A stretch of DNA of 32,000 bases from Desulfocapsa sulfexigens DSM 10523 (GCF_000341395.1 NC_020304.1:3090001-3122000), one strand, 5' to 3'. Shown: positions 1 to 9,354, counted from the first letter of the stretch. The notes: generated by a model from the sequence alone, not told the origin. Numbers and translations: made by a program.

Positions 1-2
1 AG

Positions 3-140
3 GTTCATTGTCTGGACAATGTTGACCAAGTGTTGGAAAAATCGCTTGTATTAAAAGATGGTGAAACTCTGTTTAAGGATGTGCCGCATTCCTCTGTATA
101 TAGTGACTTTACACTGTCTTCACATAATAGTCCTCATTGA
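3..140 (+). CDS. C-terminal fragment of a CDS entering from the left edge; possibly a Lon-type protease
   Basis: Frame 3 is open from the window edge to TGA at 138-140 (VHCLDNVDQVLEKSLVLKDGETLFKDVPHSSVYSDFTLSSHNSPH*). The VH-x-L-x-x-V-D-x-VL-x-x-SL stretch resembles the conserved extreme C-terminus of Lon proteases. Only 45 codons are visible. Confidence 0.3.
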   Translation, partial: VHCLDNVDQVLEKSLVLKDGETLFKDVPHSSVYSDFTLSSHNSPH

Positions 141-150
141 TCTTTTTTGC

Positions 151-179
151 TTGACGCCTTTGGGCCTTATTGGTAAATA
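151..179 (+). promoter_or_regulatory. Candidate sigma-70 promoter for the tRNA-Val/tRNA-Asp pair
   Basis: TTGACG (151-156), 17-nt spacer, TAAATA (174-179), about 20 nt upstream of the mature tRNA-Val 5' end. Confidence 0.5.
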
Positions 180-199
180 GATGTGCACGATGATTGAGG

Positions 200-275
200 G
201 GGCGGTTAGCTCAGCTGGGAGAGCATCGGCCTTACAAGCCGAGGGTCACAGGTTCGATCCCTGTACCGCCCACCA
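200..275 (+). tRNA. tRNA-Val (anticodon TAC)
   Basis: Manual cloverleaf. Acceptor GGGCGGT/ACCGCCC, D-arm GCTCAGCTGGGAGAGC, anticodon stem TCGGC/GCCGA with loop CTTACAA, T-arm ACAGG-TTCGATC-CCTGT, discriminator A and encoded CCA. Confidence 0.95.
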
Positions 276-302
276 CTCAATATTGTAGACTATGTCTAAT
301 CT

Positions 303-379
303 GGAGCGGTAGTTCAGTTGGTTAGAATACCGGCCTGTCACGCCGGGGGTCGCGGGTTCGAGCCCCGTCCGCTCCGCCA
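303..379 (+). tRNA. tRNA-Asp (anticodon GTC)
   Basis: Manual cloverleaf. Acceptor GGAGCGG/CCGCTCC, D-arm GTTCAGTTGGTTAGAAT, anticodon stem CCGGC/GCCGG with loop CTGTCAC, T-arm GCGGG-TTCGAGC-CCCGT, discriminator G and encoded CCA. Confidence 0.95.
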
Positions 380-389
380 GATATATTAA

Positions 390-427
390 GGGTTTCAGCC
401 GAATTGGTTGAAACCCTTTTTTTGTTT
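390..427 (+). terminator. Rho-independent terminator after the tRNA pair
   Basis: Hairpin GGGTTTCA...TGAAACCC (390-416) followed by TTTTTTTGTTTT. Confidence 0.8.
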
Positions 428-503
428 TGAGCCTTTTCCTATTCATTTCTTCAAGGAATGCCGGCTATCTCTGATGTCTGGTAGAAAAAACTAGAAAGGT
501 GGT

Positions 504-812
504 TTAGCCGCGGTGGATTGCGTATATTTTTGAATGCGAGAATTCTACTAATTCTCCAATGTCGACAATCAATTCCATTTGACCTGGGGGACCTTTGTAG
601 ACATGGTGGGTTGCCGCACCATGGCAGGTGTTCCCAAAATCCGTACTGGAATGAACTTCTATTGTTAGATATTCTGAAAAATCAGTCTCAACACCAACTA
701 TTTCACCATCATCGGGTAGTCTGGACATATTAACTGTGCCGCTTGCTGAACCTGTGATCATTACACGTGCCTTACGTTCTCTAAGAATTAGATTAATATT
801 TCTGTATGGCAT
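504..812 (-). CDS. Hypothetical 102-aa protein
   Basis: ATG at 812 is preceded by AGGAGA (reverse complement of tctcct at 821-826). No family recognised with confidence. Confidence 0.5.
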   Translation of the reverse strand: MPYRNINLILRERKARVMITGSASGTVNMSRLPDDGEIVGVETDFSEYLTIEVHSSTDFGNTCHGAATHHVYKGPPGQMELIVDIGELVEFSHSKIYAIHRG

Positions 813-1077
813 TCCGGGGTTCTCCTAAGTTAAAAAATTATTTTTTTCATCTTCAAAAAAAAGGCTGCAAGGCGAGATAGCAGAGTACATTGGTACTAGA
901 TACTTACAACACCTATTCTGTTACCATGGCTGCTCCATTATTTGTATAGGCGGAATGCTTATTATGCTTTTTATTATACGTTGTCTTGTGAAAATAATTT
1001 GTTGAAACAGTCCGCTTAAAGTGGAGATAATTTTACTTTTGTTCGGCTGACTGTTTAGTTTGATACAACTAACAGGT

Positions 1078-2046
1078 CTACTCCTTCTCGCTGAACTGCA
1101 GAACAAGATCCTGAAAACTTTCTGGTGATGAGAGGCAGGTCCGTCCTTCACTGCATCTACTGAGGAGAAAGCAAAAATCGAGAAATTCATCAATTAATCG
1201 AGTCTTTGCTTTATTCTTATGCTGAATAACATAGAGTTGTCGCAGCATATCCACTCCATCGAGATGGATTTTCTGGAGCCAGCCACGATTGATTGCCCTG
1301 CATACGGTCAGACTTGAAAGGCAGCCAACCCCTGCACCAGCTTCAACAGCCTTTTTAATAGCCTCAGTATGACCTAACTCCATCACCACGTTGAGGTCTG
1401 TTACATACTTACCAAGTTTGCTTTTGAATATTTGGGCTGTTCCTGATCCCGCTTCACGCATTACCCATTTGAATTTTTTTATGTCGGTTGTGACATCACA
1501 GACTTCTTCTGGTTCTGTGTTTTTGGTACAGCGAGTGATAAGAACAAGTTCGTCTTGAAACCAGGGGGTTACGGCAACCTGTTCGTTGTTCACCTCACCT
1601 TCTACAAAGCCCAGGTCAACTGCACGGTCAATAATTAGTTTTTCTGCTGTTTTGGTATTATAAACCAGCATATTGAAATGAACATCGGGATGCATACTTT
1701 TAAAAGCTGTTATCAGATAGGGTAAGACGTAGTTACCTATAGTAGAACTGGCCACCAGATTCAGAGAACCTGCAAACTGACCATCCTTCTCATTCATCAA
1801 GCTGTCGAGGTCTTCTAATTTGTCGAGTATTTCTCGGCTGAGGGGAAGAAAGTACCGGCCTCTGTCGTTTAGTTCCAGGCTTCTTCCAGAACGATCAAAC
1901 AGTGACCCACCAAGCTGATTTTCCATTTCATTCAAGGCAAGGCTCACAGCCGATTGAGTAATAAAAAGGCTCTGAGCAGCTCTCGTGACTTGACCTGTTT
2001 CAACAACTGCATTGAATATTTCAAGTTGGCGTATTGTTACTGACAT
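1078..2046 (-). CDS. LysR-family transcriptional regulator
   Basis: N-terminal LysR wHTH signature (IRQLEIFNAVVETGQVTRAAQSLFITQSAVSLALNEMENQLGGSLFDR) plus a ~200-aa substrate-binding-type C-terminal domain. AGGAG lies upstream of the ATG. Confidence 0.9.
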   Translation of the reverse strand: MSVTIRQLEIFNAVVETGQVTRAAQSLFITQSAVSLALNEMENQLGGSLFDRSGRSLELNDRGRYFLPLSREILDKLEDLDSLMNEKDGQFAGSLNLVASSTIGNYVLPYLITAFKSMHPDVHFNMLVYNTKTAEKLIIDRAVDLGFVEGEVNNEQVAVTPWFQDELVLITRCTKNTEPEEVCDVTTDIKKFKWVMREAGSGTAQIFKSKLGKYVTDLNVVMELGHTEAIKKAVEAGAGVGCLSSLTVCRAINRGWLQKIHLDGVDMLRQLYVIQHKNKAKTRLIDEFLDFCFLLSRCSEGRTCLSSPESFQDLVLQFSEKE

Positions 2047-2071
2047 AGAAATGCACTCCTGGAGCTGTGGT

Positions 2072-2086
2072 ATTAGTATTCCTAAT
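2072..2086. promoter_or_regulatory. Candidate LysR-type T-N11-A operator (autoregulatory site)
   Basis: Perfect dyad ATTAG-TATTC-CTAAT lies 26-40 nt upstream of the LysR start codon. It fits the generic T-N11-A LysR box architecture. Confidence 0.35.
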
Positions 2087-2306
2087 GTTATGCGCTTCTG
2101 GCATAAAACATATTAACAGGAAAGAGAGAAGTGGCACTATAAAATTGAACAAATCAGCTAGTGAAAAATCTTCAAACACATTTCTTTATAAAAAGACCGA
2201 AACAAGAAGCATTTGATGAAGCCAATTTGATGAACATCTATTTGTGAGGCTACGGTGGTTAAAAATTGATGAGGAAACAGAGAGGGGAATTATAAAAACG
2301 TTTGTT

Positions 2307-2921
2307 TCAAAACTCCTGATTCTCATTTTTCTGAGTGATATTCTTCAGGGCCAAAGGTGATTGGTCATTGTATAGCAGTTGTTGGCAATAATTTAAGTAA
2401 GGATCTTCGTCGATTGAAAAAGAATTGGATAGAAAACATTTGATACATGAACGTGCCTTACGAAGTTCTCCCTGTCCTATGAAGCAATGGGCACGTTCAT
2501 AGATTAATCGTGGAGAAATACCATATCGCTTCTCAATAATGGATAGTTCTTCCAACATTTTCTCATATTCCCCTTTCTCTCTTAGTGAAATGAGATTCAT
2601 GATCTCACTATTCAGTAATTTCTGACTGTGGTCTTCCTGCCTTTTATATCCCAAAAGAATATCAACCAGAGAATCACCTGTCTTGTTTATGGAGAATGTG
2701 ACAATGAGCGCGCACGGTAGACAGATTAGAGCGAGCACTATTACTGCAAAAAAGAAATAAAAAAAATCAGTTCTGTGTGCTAAACAGTATACTGTTAAGA
2801 TAACAAAAAGTGCGGCAAAAATAGACAAATATGCTCTCGCAAACAGCGATCCAGTACCGCTTGTTACTAAACTATAAAAATCCTGCCATAGCGGAATGTG
2901 TCTGCGAGATCTTTTGGTCAT
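2307..2921 (-). CDS. Hypothetical membrane protein (two predicted TM helices plus a helical, TPR-like C-terminal region)
   Basis: Two hydrophobic stretches (LSIFAALFVILTVYCLA and FFFAVIVLALICLPCALIVTF). GGGAG lies upstream of the ATG. No family recognised. Confidence 0.55.
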   Translation of the reverse strand: MTKRSRRHIPLWQDFYSLVTSGTGSLFARAYLSIFAALFVILTVYCLAHRTDFFYFFFAVIVLALICLPCALIVTFSINKTGDSLVDILLGYKRQEDHSQKLLNSEIMNLISLREKGEYEKMLEELSIIEKRYGISPRLIYERAHCFIGQGELRKARSCIKCFLSNSFSIDEDPYLNYCQQLLYNDQSPLALKNITQKNENQEF

Positions 2922-3010
2922 ACACTCCCTGTGATTAACAAACCGTTTCAGTGTTTACCTGTAGAAGATGTGAAATACGGTTAAAAATGTCTAGAAATTA
3001 TGCTTCTCTT

Positions 3011-5437
3011 TTAAACTGCAAAATAATGTGCCTGCGGATGATGGACAACCATGGCAGAGACACTGAGTTCCGGAACCATTTCCATTGAAGAGCTGAGTGT
3101 CACGCCGATATCGTTTGCCTGTAAAAGTTCGAAAAGCGGTTGCTGTAGATCAAGATCCGGACATGCAGAGTAACCAAAGCTGTAGCGTTGCCCTGTTGCC
3201 TCAATTGCAAGTTCCTGACGCATGAGGTTATGAGTGTGCTGAGCTAGAGCTTCAGTGGCTTCCACGCCGTATCCGTGGAGGAGTAGATATTCATGATATT
3301 TGTTTTGGGAATAGAGTTCCTGACAGATTGCATTGAGTTTTTCGCCAAGTGTTACAACAAAAAAGCCGACCAGATCATTTCCCTGCTCTTCTGTTCTGAA
3401 AAAGTCGACGAGACTTTGGTTTGGCTCTCGTCTTTGCCGTGGTAATGAGAAAGAAATTTCTTTATCCTTATGGCTAACTATGAGGCTTTCTCCAAGGCGG
3501 GTGCATGGAAACCAGCCATAGCGGATCTTCGGTTCGAAGAGCTTTTCAGAAATAATTTTATGGTGGATTGCTTCGAATTCCGGAAAAACTGTAGTGTCGA
3601 GTAGTTTTTGATAACCCGTTTCGTCGAGTTTTCCGCGTCTATAGCCCCAGCGACCGCGAAAAAGAATTTGTTTATTTATAAGGGGCAGGAAGTCAGCCGG
3701 ATCGGCGGCAACGGTGTTTATACCAGTAAAAGGTGGGGTTGGAATAGTACCAAGTGTTTCAATAGGGGACTTTTTCTTTCCCTTGGTGTCAGACGTATTG
3801 GGTTGTGTCTCTTCCCAACTGCTTGATTCTAATACACCTTTCTCGTAATCCTGAATGGCTTTTAAACCTGAAAAGGCATCACGACAATAAATGACGGGCG
3901 CATCATAGAGAGGAGCGCAATCCAGGGCAACGAATTTGCGTGTCAGGGCTGCTCCACCAAGAAGTATAGGCTTTTTGAGTCCTGCTGCCCTATACTTGGT
4001 CATGCTCTCCTGCATGATCATGGCGGATTTAACAAGGAGACCGCTGAGGCAGATAATATCAATCGAAGGGTTGTTTTTGACAGTATCAATGATGGTTTCA
4101 GCACTAACCTTGATCCCGATATCAATAACCCGGTAGCCGTTATTAGAGAGAATGATATTGACCAGATTTTTACCAATATCATGGACGTCTCCCTGGACGG
4201 TGGCAAGCAGCACACATGCTGCATCGGATCTATCATTTTTATCCATAAAAGGTTCAAGGATATCAACGGATTTTCGCATCACTTCAGCAGATTGCAGAAC
4301 AAAGGGGAGAAGCATTTCACCTGATCCAAACAGAACACCAACTTCACGCATGGCGGCAACCAGATGCAGATTGACGATTTCCAGTGCGGAGTAGCGATCA
4401 AGGAGCATGCGGAGGATGTCAGGCAGGTCCTGTTGGTTACCGAGCATGATACGTTCTCTTATCATCTCCTCAGGGGTGGCGTCTTTCTTCTCTTCTGTGT
4501 TAGCAGCAATATCATGGTCTTCAAAATATTTGATATAGGCCATGAGTGGTTGATCGTTAGTGTCTGTGCGATCATAGAGAAGATCAAGAGCAAGAACAAC
4601 GGCCTCCTTATCGATTGAATCCAGACTGATGCAGTTTGTGGGGTCAATGATAACAGCATCGAGGCCTGCTGCAACTGCTTCATGAAGGAATACCGCATTT
4701 AAGACTTTCCTTGCGGGAACTGGAAGGCCAAATGAGATATTTGAAAGTCCAAGAATAGTATGACACCCTGGAAGTTCTGCCTTTATGCGTTTGATTGCCT
4801 CAAGAACCTGCACTGCAGCATTTCTCAATTTTTCATCACCGGATCCTACGGTAAAAGTAAGTGGATCAAAAAAAAGAGAATCCGCACTGATGCCGTGTTT
4901 TTCAGTAACAAGTGAATAGATACGTTCTGCAATTTTGAATTTAGTGTCACAATCCATTGCCATCCCATTTTCATCTATGGTGAGGGCTGTCACACAGGCG
5001 CCATATTTTTTGACTGAGTTGCAGATGGTATCAAGATTTTTGCCGCCATCTTCAAGGTTGATGGAGTTTACAATCGCCCTGCCAGGATAGGATGCTAGTC
5101 CCTTTTCTATAACGGCAGGAGATGTGGAATCGATCATGAGTGGTGCTTTCAGCGTCTTACCGTACATCTGAACAAGTGTTACCAGATCTTTTTCTTCGTC
5201 ACGTCCTGCCCAGGCAGCACTGAGGTCTACAACATGGGCACCGAGACGTTCCTGATCAATTCCAACCTGAAGGCAGCCTTCGTAATCATCTGCTATGAGA
5301 AGTTCCCGGAATTTTCTGGATCCAGTAGGGTTGGAGCGTTCGCCTATTATGAGAGGTCTTGGTTGCTGTTGAATGTCAACCGCCTGATAAAGGCTTGCGA
5401 TCTGATTGAGTGTAGTGTTGTTCACCTGTCTTTTCAT
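3011..5437 (-). CDS. metH: Cobalamin-dependent methionine synthase: pterin-binding, B12-cap/B12-binding and AdoMet-activation modules
   Basis: Pterin-binding start (PLIIGERSNPTGSRKFRELL), B12-binding DxHxxG motif (GDVHDIGKNLV) and a C-terminal activation domain (RYSFGYSACPDL...HHPQAHYFAV) colinear with E. coli MetH residues ~350-1227. Confidence 0.9.
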   Translation of the reverse strand: MKRQVNNTTLNQIASLYQAVDIQQQPRPLIIGERSNPTGSRKFRELLIADDYEGCLQVGIDQERLGAHVVDLSAAWAGRDEEKDLVTLVQMYGKTLKAPLMIDSTSPAVIEKGLASYPGRAIVNSINLEDGGKNLDTICNSVKKYGACVTALTIDENGMAMDCDTKFKIAERIYSLVTEKHGISADSLFFDPLTFTVGSGDEKLRNAAVQVLEAIKRIKAELPGCHTILGLSNISFGLPVPARKVLNAVFLHEAVAAGLDAVIIDPTNCISLDSIDKEAVVLALDLLYDRTDTNDQPLMAYIKYFEDHDIAANTEEKKDATPEEMIRERIMLGNQQDLPDILRMLLDRYSALEIVNLHLVAAMREVGVLFGSGEMLLPFVLQSAEVMRKSVDILEPFMDKNDRSDAACVLLATVQGDVHDIGKNLVNIILSNNGYRVIDIGIKVSAETIIDTVKNNPSIDIICLSGLLVKSAMIMQESMTKYRAAGLKKPILLGGAALTRKFVALDCAPLYDAPVIYCRDAFSGLKAIQDYEKGVLESSSWEETQPNTSDTKGKKKSPIETLGTIPTPPFTGINTVAADPADFLPLINKQILFRGRWGYRRGKLDETGYQKLLDTTVFPEFEAIHHKIISEKLFEPKIRYGWFPCTRLGESLIVSHKDKEISFSLPRQRREPNQSLVDFFRTEEQGNDLVGFFVVTLGEKLNAICQELYSQNKYHEYLLLHGYGVEATEALAQHTHNLMRQELAIEATGQRYSFGYSACPDLDLQQPLFELLQANDIGVTLSSSMEMVPELSVSAMVVHHPQAHYFAV

Positions 5438-6372
5438 CTCAACACCTCACTGCGATCAGCAGGAACAGCACCCTGTAAGGCTTTGACTAAGCCTTTGATA
5501 TGGGCAGGAGAAGTCCCGCAACAGCCTCCAACAATAGAGACACCTTTTTTGGTTACAAAATCATACATATGTTTTCCGAATTCTTCAGGTGTTAAAGGAT
5601 AGTGGGTTTTTCCGTTAACAACTTCAGGCATGCCCTGATTTGGAATGCAGGAGATGCGCTCTTTCCAGTTTTTACACAGATAATCGATATGAGGTTCCAT
5701 ATCCGTTGGGCCAGTCGCACAGTTGAGCCCGAGGGAAAAGACAGGGAAGGGGGCTATGGTAGCGCACACTGCACCAATGTCAGTACCAACCAGCATGGTG
5801 CCCTGTTGTTCAAAGGTTACAGATGCCAGGACTGGAAGGTCGACTCCAGTCTTTTCAAGGAGATCAAAACAGGCAATAAGTGAAGTTTTTATCTGAAGGA
5901 GATCCTGGCATGTTTCAACGATCAGGGCATCAACTCCGCAATCAAGCAGGGTGACGACCTGTTCAGTGACTGTCGCTGTTAGAGCTTCTGGAGATATATG
6001 ACCAAGAATGGGGAGTTTGGTCGTGGGGCCGACGGAGCCGACAATATACCTGGGGTGTTCCGGGGTGGAAAATTCCGCTATGGCCCTTTTTGCATTAGCC
6101 ACGGCAGCACGGTTGATTTCCTGGACACGGTTTTCAAGCCCATATTCTGATAAAACTACCGAGGAAGAGCCAAAGGTGTTTGTTTCAATGACCATGGCTC
6201 CTGCCTGAAGAAATTTTCTGTGGAGTTCGACTATGGTATCTGGATCGGAAATATTGAGGTATTCATTGCAGCCTTCAAGGCCATCCCAGGCCTTTGCGTC
6301 AATCTCCATTGTCTGAAGTGTTGTTCCACAGGCGCCATCAAATATTAAAAGGGGTTCTTCTGAAAAAGTCAT
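5434..6372 (-). CDS. Homocysteine S-methyltransferase module (MetH N-terminal Hcy-binding domain encoded as a separate ORF)
   Basis: Hcy-binding barrel with the Zn-ligand motif GGCCGTSPAHI. Its TGA stop overlaps the ATG of the downstream metH ORF (ATGA at 5434-5437). Confidence 0.88.
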   Translation of the reverse strand: MTFSEEPLLIFDGACGTTLQTMEIDAKAWDGLEGCNEYLNISDPDTIVELHRKFLQAGAMVIETNTFGSSSVVLSEYGLENRVQEINRAAVANAKRAIAEFSTPEHPRYIVGSVGPTTKLPILGHISPEALTATVTEQVVTLLDCGVDALIVETCQDLLQIKTSLIACFDLLEKTGVDLPVLASVTFEQQGTMLVGTDIGAVCATIAPFPVFSLGLNCATGPTDMEPHIDYLCKNWKERISCIPNQGMPEVVNGKTHYPLTPEEFGKHMYDFVTKKGVSIVGGCCGTSPAHIKGLVKALQGAVPADRSEVLR

Positions 6373-6820
6373 AATTTATCTATCGGTTGTTTTGCTTGGA
6401 CTTGGATACGGCCATGTTTGTCATTTTCTCTGAATGCTTTTTATTTTCGAGAGAGAAATTTTCAAGTTTCATCCTGATCTTGATTGGAGGAATAGATTTT
6501 CATTTGTCTAAAGGCGAAAACATAATCGAAAAAAGACGAAATACGAGTCCTTTTTATAGCTGATTCAAGATAGAGGTGAGGCTGGAACATTTATCAGGGA
6601 CAAACAGGGGGGGAATCCAGCAGAATTTAACCTGGAAGGAGAGTGATACTGTCATGAATCTTTAGCAAAGTGCAGCTTGTGATTTTGTGGCAATGGACTG
6701 GTGTCAGGGGAAGGCAAGGTCTTGATAAGAACAGAGGGCAATGTTCACCATGTGACTATATGAAAAATAACAGAATTTGGTGAACATTACGCCTTTGCTG
6801 CTGCAATCCGTCGCATGTGT

Positions 6821-7180
6821 TTAACAACCAACAGTTAGTTTTTTCTCGATTTTTACAGCCGTTGGTGTGTCGCTACCAGTGGAATGCCAGATCTTTACCT
6901 TATCCCCTTTCTCAATTTCTTTTGGTGAAGTGTAGCCAACCAGAACAGTGTTCCAGTCAAGAAGAATGGTGCTTTTTTCGCCATTATTCAGTTGCAGGAG
7001 GATGGACTGTTGTTCAGGGTTGAACTGTTTGATTTTTCCCTCAATAAGTTGCACATCAGAACTCTCAGCAACGACGTTACTGTCGTTTCCTGCAGCAACA
7101 ATGGTGGCGGGGATAAGAGAAATAAGAAGGGCAAATACTATAAGATATAACGAAGTGTGTTTGCATATGGAAAGTTTCAT
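6821..7180 (-). CDS. Small exported hypothetical protein (119 aa from the internal ATG)
   Basis: The ATG at 7180 has GGAGAA 6-7 nt upstream. It starts a signal-peptide-like N-terminus (MKLSICKHTSLYLIVFALLISLIPATIVAA). The longer 7216 start lacks an RBS. Confidence 0.55.
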   Translation of the reverse strand: MKLSICKHTSLYLIVFALLISLIPATIVAAGNDSNVVAESSDVQLIEGKIKQFNPEQQSILLQLNNGEKSTILLDWNTVLVGYTSPKEIEKGDKVKIWHSTGSDTPTAVKIEKKLTVGC

Positions 7181-7291
7181 AGGTGTTCTCCTGTAGCTAA
7201 ACTTTTCTAAAGACAACGTATTCAGGTAGTGAAAGATATTCCCTTAAAGCCGTTGTGATAGCTATACTATATGACCTGCTGCCACATTGTG

Positions 7292-7534
7292 CTAGTTGTT
7301 TTGTGGGGGGGAAGTTTTTTTGTCAGGATGATGAAGGCTTTCTTTGAGTAACAGAGCAACTTTCTCTCCGCATCGTTTCGACTTGCAGGAGCCTCCACCA
7401 ATACCTGTTATTTTTGCAATTTCTTCAAAGCTTGTGGCGCCATCCTCGATTGCTTTTAATATTATATGAAGTTTGATTCCTTTACATATACAACCAGGTT
7501 TCATCCGTACGAGTAATTCTTCTTCTGTTATCAT
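7292..7534 (-). CDS. BFD-like (2Fe-2S)-binding domain protein
   Basis: The CxC...C-x4-C pattern (GCICKGIK ... GIGGGSCKSKRCGEK) and ~80-aa size are typical of bacterioferritin-associated-ferredoxin-like domains. Confidence 0.65.
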   Translation of the reverse strand: MITEEELLVRMKPGCICKGIKLHIILKAIEDGATSFEEIAKITGIGGGSCKSKRCGEKVALLLKESLHHPDKKTSPPQNN

Positions 7535-7542
7535 GATACGAT

Positions 7543-9354
7543 TTACTTGTTTTGTGGGTGGAAATGTTGATGTATTACAAATGCTGTCTCCTTCCCTATG
7601 CCCTTAACTTGTGAAAGTTCATCAAGGGATGCCTCTCGAATTCGTTTTACGCTGCCCAATTGTTTGAGAAGTTTCCTTTTCCTGCCAGGGCCAATGCCCG
7701 GGATAGTGTCAAGAACAGATGCAATGGATACCTTGGCGCGTAATTTTCTGTGAAATGTTACTCCAAAACGATGTGATTCATCACGAATGCGCATGATGTA
7801 CAGGAGAACGGGATTATGACTTTTGAGGAGTATCGGATTCTTCCGTCCGGGTTTGTATAACTTTTCTCCCTCTGTGTTTTTTTCTTTGGCAATGCCTATC
7901 CAGTCAAGTTCGTCCCGTATCCCGAGTTCATCGGCCACACGCAGAGCAATTCCAAGTTGTCCACGTCCGCCATCAACTATAAAGAGATCGGGGAGATTGT
8001 TTTCAGCAATGCCACGTTTGAAACGGCGTTGAAGAACTTCTTCCATCATTGCATAATCATCAGGGCCATGGACAGTTTTAATAGCATAATGTCTGAAATG
8101 ATCCTTAGCCGCCTCACCATTTTTGTAACAAACCAATGACCCCACGGCCTGTTTGCCGCTGGTGTTTGAGATATCGAGGCATTCTATATGGTTTGGGATA
8201 TGGTCAAGACGTAAAAGTTTTTCCATTGAAGCTGAAAGGCCCTGCCAGGATCGTTCTTTCTTTTCTTTTTCATCAAAAACATGGGCAGCATTGGTATTGG
8301 CCATTGTGACAAGTCGTACCCGATCACCGCGTTGAGGAATGGTGAGGCCAACGGTTGCACCAATGAGTTCTGAAAATCTTTCTGCAAGGATTACAGAGTC
8401 CTCGATTGGAAAGGGAAGGAGAATCTCTTTTGCAGGTAAAGCTTTTCCATCGTAGAACTGGTTTAGAGCCTGAGAGAGGATGATGGCGTCACTTTCCATA
8501 GGATCATTGAAGAAGAAATTACGACTTCCGGTTATAAGGCCTTCACGAATAAAGAGTATTGCAATGGCGATGGAAGTGCCCTGACGACAGTATCCAAACA
8601 CATCCTGATTTTTAAAGCCCGATGATGCAATAATTTGTTTTTCAAGGGTTCTTGAGAGAGCACTGATCTTGTCCCGAAGTTCTGCTGCAAGTTCAAAGTG
8701 AAGGGTGTCCGATGCTTTCATCATTTCCTGACGAAGTTCATCGATGAGACTCGTATTTTTGCCCTCTAGGACCATAAGTACTTTTTTAACCTGATCCTGA
8801 TACTCTTCCTTATCTGCGATATTGACACAGGGACCGAGACATCTCCCAATCTGCAGATTGAGACAGGGGCGTGTTCTCAGTTTGACAGTGTTGCCCTTGC
8901 ATTTTCGTAAAGGGAACATATCTGCAAGTAACCGCAGGGTGGCCCACATTGAGGAACTTGAAGAATAGGGCCCAAAGTATTTTGCACCATCCTTTTTGCG
9001 TCTGCGAGTCATGTGGACTCTGGGCCAGGTGTCCTGTACCGTAACTTTTATGAGGGGGTAATTTTTGTCATCTCGAAGGAGAATGTTATACTTGGGCTTA
9101 TGCTTTTTAATAAGTGATGCTTCAAGGATTAACGCCTCCTTTTCAGTGGCCGTAAGAAGGGTATCAACTCTGATAACTTTGGAGAGCATTACGGTTGTTT
9201 TGTTATGATCTGCCCCTGTGAAGCGAGTGTATGAAGTCAGCCTGTTTTTGAGATTTTTCGCCTTGCCAACATACAGTACACGCGATTGTTTATCGAGCAT
9301 TCGATAAACGCCTGGTGTTGTGGGCACGGTTTTTAAAAAATTTATCGGAAACAT
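7543..9354 (-). CDS. uvrC: Excinuclease ABC subunit C
   Basis: N-terminal GIY-YIG (GVYRMLDKQSRVLYVGKAKNLKNRLTSY), a UvrB-interacting region, a C-terminal endonuclease domain and (HhH)2 (IPGIGPGRKRKLLKQLGSVKRIREASLDEL). Length 603 aa. Confidence 0.95.
   Translation of the reverse strand: MFPINFLKTVPTTPGVYRMLDKQSRVLYVGKAKNLKNRLTSYTRFTGADHNKTTVMLSKVIRVDTLLTATEKEALILEASLIKKHKPKYNILLRDDKNYPLIKVTVQDTWPRVHMTRRRKKDGAKYFGPYSSSSSMWATLRLLADMFPLRKCKGNTVKLRTRPCLNLQIGRCLGPCVNIADKEEYQDQVKKVLMVLEGKNTSLIDELRQEMMKASDTLHFELAAELRDKISALSRTLEKQIIASSGFKNQDVFGYCRQGTSIAIAILFIREGLITGSRNFFFNDPMESDAIILSQALNQFYDGKALPAKEILLPFPIEDSVILAERFSELIGATVGLTIPQRGDRVRLVTMANTNAAHVFDEKEKKERSWQGLSASMEKLLRLDHIPNHIECLDISNTSGKQAVGSLVCYKNGEAAKDHFRHYAIKTVHGPDDYAMMEEVLQRRFKRGIAENNLPDLFIVDGGRGQLGIALRVADELGIRDELDWIGIAKEKNTEGEKLYKPGRKNPILLKSHNPVLLYIMRIRDESHRFGVTFHRKLRAKVSIASVLDTIPGIGPGRKRKLLKQLGSVKRIREASLDELSQVKGIGKETAFVIHQHFHPQNK

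Noticed and set aside
504-812. PilZ-domain assignment for the 102-aa protein
   Set aside because: RERKAR and NMSRLPDDG only loosely resemble the RxxxR and D/NxSxxG c-di-GMP motifs, and the spacing does not fit. Left as hypothetical.
921-1193. 90-aa minus-strand ORF between the LysR gene and the 102-aa ORF
   Set aside because: It overlaps the LysR 3' end in another frame, has no RBS, and its sequence is low-complexity.
2132-2148. Sigma-54-like TGGCAC-TATAAAA-TTGA on the plus strand
   Set aside because: The spacing is wrong (7-nt spacer, no GC at -12) and there is no plus-strand gene downstream.
6560-6760. Possible SAM-I-like, SAH or B12 riboswitch in the metH upstream region
   Set aside because: There are only loose, partial resemblances (CTTGATAAGAACAGAGGGCA; GGACTGGTGTCAGGGGAAGGC). 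They are on the plus strand, opposite to metH, and the remaining conserved cores are missing. Kept only as a low-interest unexplained leader.
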